From the NCBI GenBank assembly GCA_024704765.1, contig JAKMXF010000255.1:310001-374000 (forward strand): 64,000 nucleotides of DNA, written 5' to 3'. Each line of letters starts with the position of its first letter. The first letter of the stretch is position 1. Of the stretch, positions 57,501 through 64,000 are shown piece after piece. This DNA is from Oopsacas minuta (taxonomy: Eukaryota > Animalia > Porifera). A program made the position numbers and the translations under genes. Under the pieces are notes generated by a model. That model was not told where the DNA came from. It searched no databases and saw nothing but the letters and a program-made list of their open reading frames with translations.

Positions 57501-57688
57501 TTAGTAAAATGTGATTCATGTACGAAAATCTACACCTTTTAAGAATATAAGTAGCGAGTCGATGTTAGTGATATATTGTTTCAGCAACACATTACGTCCA
57601 TCTGAGCATGCGGGCAGGCAGAATTTCACCACAATTGTCTCATTATTTTTATGACGCGAAGTATCAGAGGCTATTCTGTTGCAGCTGA
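54591..57688 (+). CDS. Orphan protein of about 369 aa; exons 54591-54787, 55533-55865, 56049-56228, 56589-56785, 57221-57319, probably 57585-57688
   Basis: Successive exons with canonical GT/AG sites and compatible phases; Ser-rich with no recognised domain; the last exon is the least certain. Confidence 0.65.
54839..55395. mobile_element. MITE family A interrupted by a hAT-type element
   Basis: TACAGTCAACT ... AGTTGACTGTA ends; the consensus resumes after the insertion. Confidence 0.8.
54855..55234. mobile_element. hAT-type non-autonomous element (380 bp) with a perfect 8-bp TSD, ACTGCTAT
   Basis: TIRs CAGGCTTGAGGTCAATTACAATTG / CGGGGTTGGGGTCAATTACATTTG (20/24 match); TSD at 54847-54854 and 55235-55242; subterminal TGTAATTG repeats. 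Confidence 0.85.
56944..57093. mobile_element. MITE family A, reverse orientation, orphan gene intron 4
   Basis: TACAGTCAGCACCCGCTTTATCGAAC ... CGCGGTCTCTTTAGTTTCGATATAACGGGA. Confidence 0.65.
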
Positions 57689-58583
57689 CACTGAGTAATA
57701 GTGAAGTAATGACTAAAATTACTATAATGAGAAATACGTCTGGTAACCAAATCAAGGGGGGGGGAGCTGAAACAAGTTTCCAACTAACAGTGGCCTAATA
57801 GATAGATAAGTTAGAATTTCAATATGACTTTCTGAGAAATAAGGAAACTCAAATAAAACATCATGAACACGTAAGTTAATACAACATAAGTGCTAATTAT
57901 GAATTAAGAAAGTACTACATGAACACAAAGTTAGGTGGCAGTTCTTAGAGAATTGATTTAATAATCCTAACATTCTGCACTTTCAGTATAAATAAGTCAG
58001 AAAGCTCGTGAGATTACATTCCTAGTAAAAATCTCATCTGACATGAATTCTTCCTCAGGGGTCACATTTCTATATCAGCTACAGTAAGGAATCTAACCAC
58101 TCACAACGGCTGGATGCTAAGTACTAGTAAGGAGTATCTTGACAATGAATGTGAATTAGCCAACAGCTGATTATTAAGTAAATTGCTTAGTTATAAAATT
58201 ACAAGTAATAATAACCCAATAAAGCTATATAAGAAGTGTTAATAATTAATATAAAGTTCAGAGTAAGACAAGAAATTTTCAGCTGCAACTATTTGTACCG
58301 ACAATCACAATTAGAAAACATTTAATGATAGATTTAGTAATTATTTTCGAATAAATATTAATAGCTAAGAACTGTAAAACTTTAATATGTATCAACATGT
58401 GGTTTGTATAATAAATACTATACTAGCTCAAAAATAAACATCCATTACCAATGGTGAATCAAAATTATCATAAAAGTAAGGATGATAAAAAGTATTTCGT
58501 TAAGACCTGACATTTTAATGAGTCAGTAAAAGATCTGTTTGGAGAGAGATATGCGCTTAAACTCACAGAAAAGCTGTCCACAG

Positions 58584-61304
58584 TTATTTACTAGCTAAAA
58601 TATACAAGTTAGCAGGTCCATCAACATTAGTGTCTTGACGGCTCTCAATTATGATATTTCTATCTGAGCCTAGAAGTTTGAAAATCTTTCCTTCTTCAAA
58701 GACTTCTGCCGTTACTTCCTCGTCAATTAGAGACTTAGCCTGCATCCCATGGTCATGGAATATCAAAATACATTCACGTAACCTCACATAGCCTTCTAGC
58801 TTGAATGCAAAGTTAATAATGTTCTTGTATTTACCTGCGAAATTCGGTTTCAGGACTCCTTGTAAACTAACAAACTTTACAATCTTGTCATGTACAACAA
58901 TGACAGTATCAGGTTCCAGCTGGCTTATCCCTGTCAGATTCATGAATGGGTATTCTTTTACGCAGGAGAAATGATTCTCAGTAGCATTTGGGTCAAACAG
59001 ATCATACGTCACGTTATTATTACCCGCATCACGTACACTAGTTATCAATACGGGAAGAGGCATTTTCTCAGCATTTGCATATACAAATCCTTCACAGATA
59101 TTCACTGTGTAGGGAAACACGAAATCTATGAGTGATTTTAGCATGAATATCTCTCTAGGCTCAAACCATTGTAGAATAATAACACTAGTAGCAGTTATGC
59201 CACAATAGTAGTACTCTCTACTGTAAGGGTTGTGTATCACAGCACAACACAGCGTGCCTTTAGAGCCCTTTACCTTAGTTGTGTGTTGGTATTGTGAATC
59301 TTTGAGTGATCTATCGTACATGTTAAGCAGTAGTGTCATACACATATAGCGATGAGAGCTGGTTATAGATAGCATTACATTTTGGAAGATCGATAGCCAC
59401 CAGATTTTCTTAGGGTACATCTGTTCCATCTCAGCATCCAATCTGTTGGTGAGTAGGAGAGAGTATAGACCTTCTATTGATCCTACTAACACGTACTTTT
59501 CTTTGCTCTCAGGGTGTATCCAGCTTGTAGCAGCGTTTATATGTAGAGGACAGCCATGAAATATTTTAGAGAAACAAGCTTGTGAGTCTTTACCTCCAAT
59601 TTTACTGATAGAACGAGGATTCGCCTGTTGCTTGGAGGGAGCTTTTGCGATAGGCGCTTTAGGAGGGAGTGGGGGAGGCTGGAATCCTTGTATTGGAGCT
59701 GATGACGTATGAATATCTCGTTTAGGAGGAAGAATAGGAGCCTGAGTATCAGTGGAACGGGAAATGGAAGCAGCCATATTAGCTTGAAACTGTGTGTGTT
59801 TATCGGTAATTGTTTCAGGATCTACGTAGCTGTAGTCATGCTCAGGCTCAGGAAGTACGGAAGATGTAGGGACGGATCGAGAAGACTGGTCCGGAGGGAT
59901 AGAGGGTAGGGGACGATATATGATGGAAGGGGGTTCAGTTTGCTTGGCTCGGTTGGGTACATCTCTCAGTGAGACTGGCTTAGGAGGACGTGGAGGACCG
60001 CTAACTGGATCTTGATAAAGTGAGTCATCATTCATCTCATCTTGAATACTGCCATATATCGGAACCTGTCCGTTTGGTTTTGGGACTGGAGCAGAGTTTG
60101 TTTGTGACAGGTTAGCCTGCTTTGCAAAGAGCTCTCCGTCTATATATGGTGTACTAGAGTTTGGATTATCCAAATCATCCTCAGCAGCTGAAGACTCCAG
60201 TCTGTGTATAAGAGGCTTCTGTACTTCACCCGGCACACTTATCTGTGCTATTAGACTATCATCTACTACTTCGACTTTACTTATCTTGTGAGCATGTTGT
60301 GAGGGAATTCTCCTTGGTACATTAACTGTTGGCTTCTCACTACTAGGTTTTGTTTGTTGCTCTGCTTTACTGTCTTCATCATCTTCATCACTGAAATCAT
60401 CTGTGATTACCCTCTGAGGAGGTTTAGGTGCGTATTTGAGTAGAGGCTTGATGGATTCTCTACGTACAGTAGTACGGTATACGAACGGATGACAGAGTGC
60501 ATTTGTAGCTGTAGGACGTTTCGAAGGGTCTTTGACTAGAAGGTGTTTTATAAACTCTTGGAATTCTTTTGACCATTTCTTCTTATCTTTCAAATTTTCA
60601 GGTTTGAAGGATTTCTTAGTCATAGTGTATAGGGCTGTCATTGGATGTAGGTCAAATAAGGGAGGTTGTGTCTCAGCTAGCTCGATAGCAGTAATACCTA
60701 CAGCCCAGATATCACATTGGGAATTGTAGCCGCCCTTCTTCTCAACAGCTGCTACCTCGGGAGCCATCCAGTAAGGAGTTCCTATGAATGATTTCCTCTT
60801 CATTGTCATTGTGAGTGTAGCTGATATGCCAAAATCTGCCAGCTTGACGTCACCATCGTTAGTAAGTAGAAGATTGGCGCCTTTTATGTCACGATGCATC
60901 ATACTAGCTTTGTGTAGATAATCCAACCCCCGTAGAGTTTCTCTTGAAACGAATGCGATTGCATCTTCTGGTAACGACCCAAACTTCTGATAGATATCTT
61001 GAAGGGATCCACCCCCACAATATTCCATAGCAATCCACAATTTTCCGCCTTTGAAATAACTACCGTGATAACCGACAATGTTTTCGTGCTTGCATTCTGC
61101 TAGAATTGCAATCTCTTGCTGTACAATATTGAAATCATCTCCTGCTTCAATTTTAATGGATTTCAGTGCAGCTAGTTCGCCTGTACTTTTCACTTTAGCT
61201 TCAAAAACTTCTCCATATGTGCCACTACCAATCGTCTTTATAATCTCTAACTCTTTGAGCGGATCTTTCCTCGAAATCTGCGGCAATAGCTTATACTGAG
61301 TCAT
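58584..61304 (-). CDS. MAP4K3: MAP4K3/MAP4K5 (GCK-I) kinase with CNH domain, intronless
   Basis: GSGTYGEV, HRDIKGANLL, KRKSFIGTPYWMAPEV, Pro-rich linker, ACFSKIFHGCPLHINAATSWIHP at the CNH start. Confidence 0.92.
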   Translation of the reverse strand: MTQYKLLPQISRKDPLKELEIIKTIGSGTYGEVFEAKVKSTGELAALKSIKIEAGDDFNIVQQEIAILAECKHENIVGYHGSYFKGGKLWIAMEYCGGGSLQDIYQKFGSLPEDAIAFVSRETLRGLDYLHKASMMHRDIKGANLLLTNDGDVKLADFGISATLTMTMKRKSFIGTPYWMAPEVAAVEKKGGYNSQCDIWAVGITAIELAETQPPLFDLHPMTALYTMTKKSFKPENLKDKKKWSKEFQEFIKHLLVKDPSKRPTATNALCHPFVYRTTVRRESIKPLLKYAPKPPQRVITDDFSDEDDEDSKAEQQTKPSSEKPTVNVPRRIPSQHAHKISKVEVVDDSLIAQISVPGEVQKPLIHRLESSAAEDDLDNPNSSTPYIDGELFAKQANLSQTNSAPVPKPNGQVPIYGSIQDEMNDDSLYQDPVSGPPRPPKPVSLRDVPNRAKQTEPPSIIYRPLPSIPPDQSSRSVPTSSVLPEPEHDYSYVDPETITDKHTQFQANMAASISRSTDTQAPILPPKRDIHTSSAPIQGFQPPPLPPKAPIAKAPSKQQANPRSISKIGGKDSQACFSKIFHGCPLHINAATSWIHPESKEKYVLVGSIEGLYSLLLTNRLDAEMEQMYPKKIWWLSIFQNVMLSITSSHRYMCMTLLLNMYDRSLKDSQYQHTTKVKGSKGTLCCAVIHNPYSREYYYCGITATSVIILQWFEPREIFMLKSLIDFVFPYTVNICEGFVYANAEKMPLPVLITSVRDAGNNNVTYDLFDPNATENHFSCVKEYPFMNLTGISQLEPDTVIVVHDKIVKFVSLQGVLKPNFAGKYKNIINFAFKLEGYVRLRECILIFHDHGMQAKSLIDEEVTAEVFEEGKIFKLLGSDRNIIIESRQDTNVDGPANLYILASK

Positions 61305-61626
61305 TTAGAACCTCTACACTAAGAAATATATACAAATATTATATCGAATCGTATTTATATAGATGTGGTTAAGCTAATAGTTGCCTGAGGTAGGACATAA
61401 TCAGTAATTCAATGAATACAGTGTAATGATAAAGTGATTAGAGGAAGATCTAATTTCATTCTGATTAAAGCTTATGATCATTTTCAATTAGCTCCTAACA
61501 AGCTGATTCTAATAACTATTTAGAGTTTTAAGAATCTTATCTCTCTTCCTGTATATCCTGCAAAGATTGATATATCGATACAGATTAATGAGCTCTTCCG
61601 GGATTCAATGAATCCTCCTATAAAAT

Positions 61627-61669
61627 ACACGTGCTAGCTATGATACACCCTATGATAGCTAGCACGTGT
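61627..61669. repeat. Perfect 15-bp inverted repeat with a 13-nt loop
   Basis: ACACGTGCTAGCTAT-gatacaccctatg-ATAGCTAGCACGTGT. Confidence 0.9.
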
Positions 61670-63575
61670 GCATTTAATAATACACCCATTATGGTATAAT
61701 AGTCATAAAAATTTGGAGAAGGTAGTGGAAGTGGAAACAGTTGTCTGTAAGGCAAGGGACCACGATTAGACCCCTAAAATAATATATAAAGAGTGGAACT
61801 CGAAACTACATCCTGTTATATATTTGCTAATCTACGCTACGAGTGCGTGCATCAACAATTGCCATACGTCAATCGCGTATTGATTTACTTGGAAACAGAT
61901 TACAAAATGTTTAATGCGGTATTTTGCATAAGTGATTAGAATTTGATGAGATTTTTTTGTTTAGAAATCGTGAATATGAATAATATAATCTATTAGCCGA
62001 TATTGTAATATAATTGTGTTTTCATAGATTATCAGTTGTTACAATGCAAATGTAGCCATTATTGGTTTGTAATCATATAATATCTTAGAATACAAATAAA
62101 TATTTATTGTATTAAGCGATAAATTAGGAAAGGTGTAATATTCAGGTTGTTTCTATAATTACAAAATAATAAAATAATAATAATAATAATAATAATATAC
62201 ATCAGCAACATCATTTACGTAGTATTATACTAGAAATTTGTATACCGTCTATTTGTGTAGTATTGACCTAGCTAATTTCCCGGACACAGTTAAAACAATT
62301 CCACAATTTGTTGAATATGGTTCTATTAGTCTATATAATTTGTATTAGGTTCTATGGGGGTTTGTAGACAGTTTATCGAACATGTAAGATAGCTCAATAT
62401 CCTAATATGACTTAGGAAGGAGATTACAGAATTTACAGTGTATGCATTGGCGTAAATCCGTTCGAAAAAGTGGGAGGGGGATGATGTATTATACTATAAT
62501 TATCAATAAAGGTATAAATTCAAGATTTAGTAATTGTGGTGTCAGAAGTACACAAGGCTATCTCTACAACTATAAAATGAAATTTCCATATATTTTTGTA
62601 AAATGATATAAAATTATAAATATTATAGTTCCGTTACAAATACTCCAATTATAGAATTCTATTGACATAATTATGACAAAGATTTGCTTTAAAAGTACTC
62701 GGAATATACTCCTTTAGAGTATCCTGACCCAAATGGGAGGGAAATCCACCACAAAAAGTAGGGAGATATATGTATGCCGCATCCCCTCGGGATTTACACC
62801 CATGAGTGTATGAGTATATTCAACTCATTGAAGTTTGTACGCTTTAGCTTGGAAACATTTTTCTGAAATATCTCACACATTAAAACTTTCAATTAAATTT
62901 AATCGCATTAATAATATTATAATATTCCATATGGCCTAAAATAGAAATTTAGCTATAATTAATCCTTTATTGTAGTTGTGGGATTCGCTAACAACATGAA
63001 GTGGAAAGTGAGTACATCTAAAAGTACAGATTTCAAGAATTATCAAGCTGATGAAGTATAACTTAGTTACCCTTCAGTTGTTCTATCTGAATTAATCAAA
63101 CACAGCAAGAAATTATCATTGAGAATTCTGTCTTTTAAGAACGTTCCTTTTTAATTATTTTTTCTTGTACAGATGTTATATTGTATATAGTGGAAGTTAT
63201 GCTTTGTTGTTTTAATGAAAATCTTAACTTATTATTCTCCAAAAGTCAATAACAATTATTTACATTTTTATTGCCTGTGGTCAACTTCCGTCTCTCTACG
63301 AATTAGCGCTGTCCGGTTCGTTTCCATAGAATATAAGTGGGGGAAATATATATATATATATATATATGTAACTGTTCTAAGAAATATAAGTTTTCTTTCA
63401 AACACGTCAAAATGTGGACAAAAATGATAGTGTGAATTCCATAACAAATCATATAATTTCTCAAAATTAGCAAATAATTAATTAACAAAATGGTGTATGA
63501 AAATATGAAATTTATCGTAAAATATTAAAATGATAACGTCATATCTTGTCTGACTGTCTAATTGATCTTATTGTA

Positions 63576-64000
63576 TCACTTAGAGCTAAAGCTCATACAA
63601 TTAATATTCTTATCCATGGTCCGTTTAAGAAAATGACACCTAAGACAGAGAGCATTAGAATGTGGCTCTGTAGTATCCTTGGTAAGATTGTCTAGAGTTT
63701 TGAGCCTGTACGGGTAGCAGGGAGAGGATCCGATCTTACATCTACGGCATATCTGTCCCCATCCCTCCCAGGTGTAGTTAGAGGTCCAATCACAGAGACA
63801 TTCTTTACAACGGAAATATCCTTGAAATCGTCTTGGCTGCTTCAAACGTTGAGGAAATGAAGCAAAAGACAATGTGTCTCCATTTTGATAAATAGGTACA
63901 CGGAGGGGGGTAGCCTCCTGACAGAGGGGAGTGATCGGGGTGCGATGAGGATTAGGGGGTAGAGGAGGAGTAGAGGTTATAATGAGGGGAATATGTTTAG
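63576..64000 (-). CDS. ZCCHC24: 3CxxC zinc-finger protein, ZCCHC24-like, 5'-partial; the frame is open to the window end
   Basis: RFQGYFRCKECLCDWTSNYTW..GQICRRC..CYPY..PHSNALCLRC pattern. Confidence 0.7.
   Translation of the reverse strand, partial: KHIPLIITSTPPLPPNPHRTPITPLCQEATPLRVPIYQNGDTLSFASFPQRLKQPRRFQGYFRCKECLCDWTSNYTWEGWGQICRRCKIGSSPCYPYRLKTLDNLTKDTTEPHSNALCLRCHFLKRTMDKNINCMSFSSK

Noticed and set aside
98-60729. Numerous short antisense or overlapping ORFs in the track (for example 1246-1584, 40772-41302, 53329-53712)
   Set aside because: They are shadow frames of real genes on the opposite strand, with no independent motifs.
61425-61470. C/D-box snoRNA-like TGAT..CTGA pairs (also near 63047-63090)
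   Set aside because: They are too short (about 45 nt), lack a convincing terminal stem, and have no identifiable guide.
61305-63575. SL RNA or snRNA gene in the long MAP4K-ZCCHC24 spacer
   Set aside because: I could not recognise a leader-GT-Sm-site arrangement; this needs an Infernal/Rfam search and the actual leader sequence.

Overview
AT-rich, very compact animal genomic DNA with about 27 protein-coding genes in 64 kb and GT-AG introns mostly 50-130 nt long. The gene set and compactness would fit an early-branching metazoan such as a glass sponge, but that is inference only. Genes in order: RRM2 (+, 5'-partial); then 21 consecutive minus-strand genes from 1272 to 48779 (NF-kB p105/p100-like, PDPK1, UBE2G1, CHMP4, PNKP, a TPR protein, CNK, FBXW7, SIRT3-like, an NHL-repeat protein, NARS2, POLD1 with PNISR inside intron 1, an M16 peptidase, a small possible histone-fold ORF, RPE, SDF2, DDX42, SEH1L, WDR83 with a TRAF-like gene inside intron 2); then a class A GPCR (+), a DRAM/TMEM150-like gene (-), an orphan six-exon gene (+), MAP4K (-) and a 5'-partial ZCCHC24-like gene (-). 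The main unexplained structure is operon-like. It combines a long co-oriented run with many spacers of 160-600 nt, a YAG splice-acceptor-like site within 22 nt of the ATG in 18 of 25 genes, and two intact genes nested on the same strand in host introns. Together these suggest polycistronic transcription resolved by spliced-leader trans-splicing, which the DNA alone cannot prove. Many MITEs (TA-flanked Tc1/pogo-type, hAT-type, TTAA-type) occupy the larger introns, including one nested insertion with a perfect 8-bp target-site duplication. I recognised no rRNA, tRNA or CRISPR array. Exon boundaries were read by hand.
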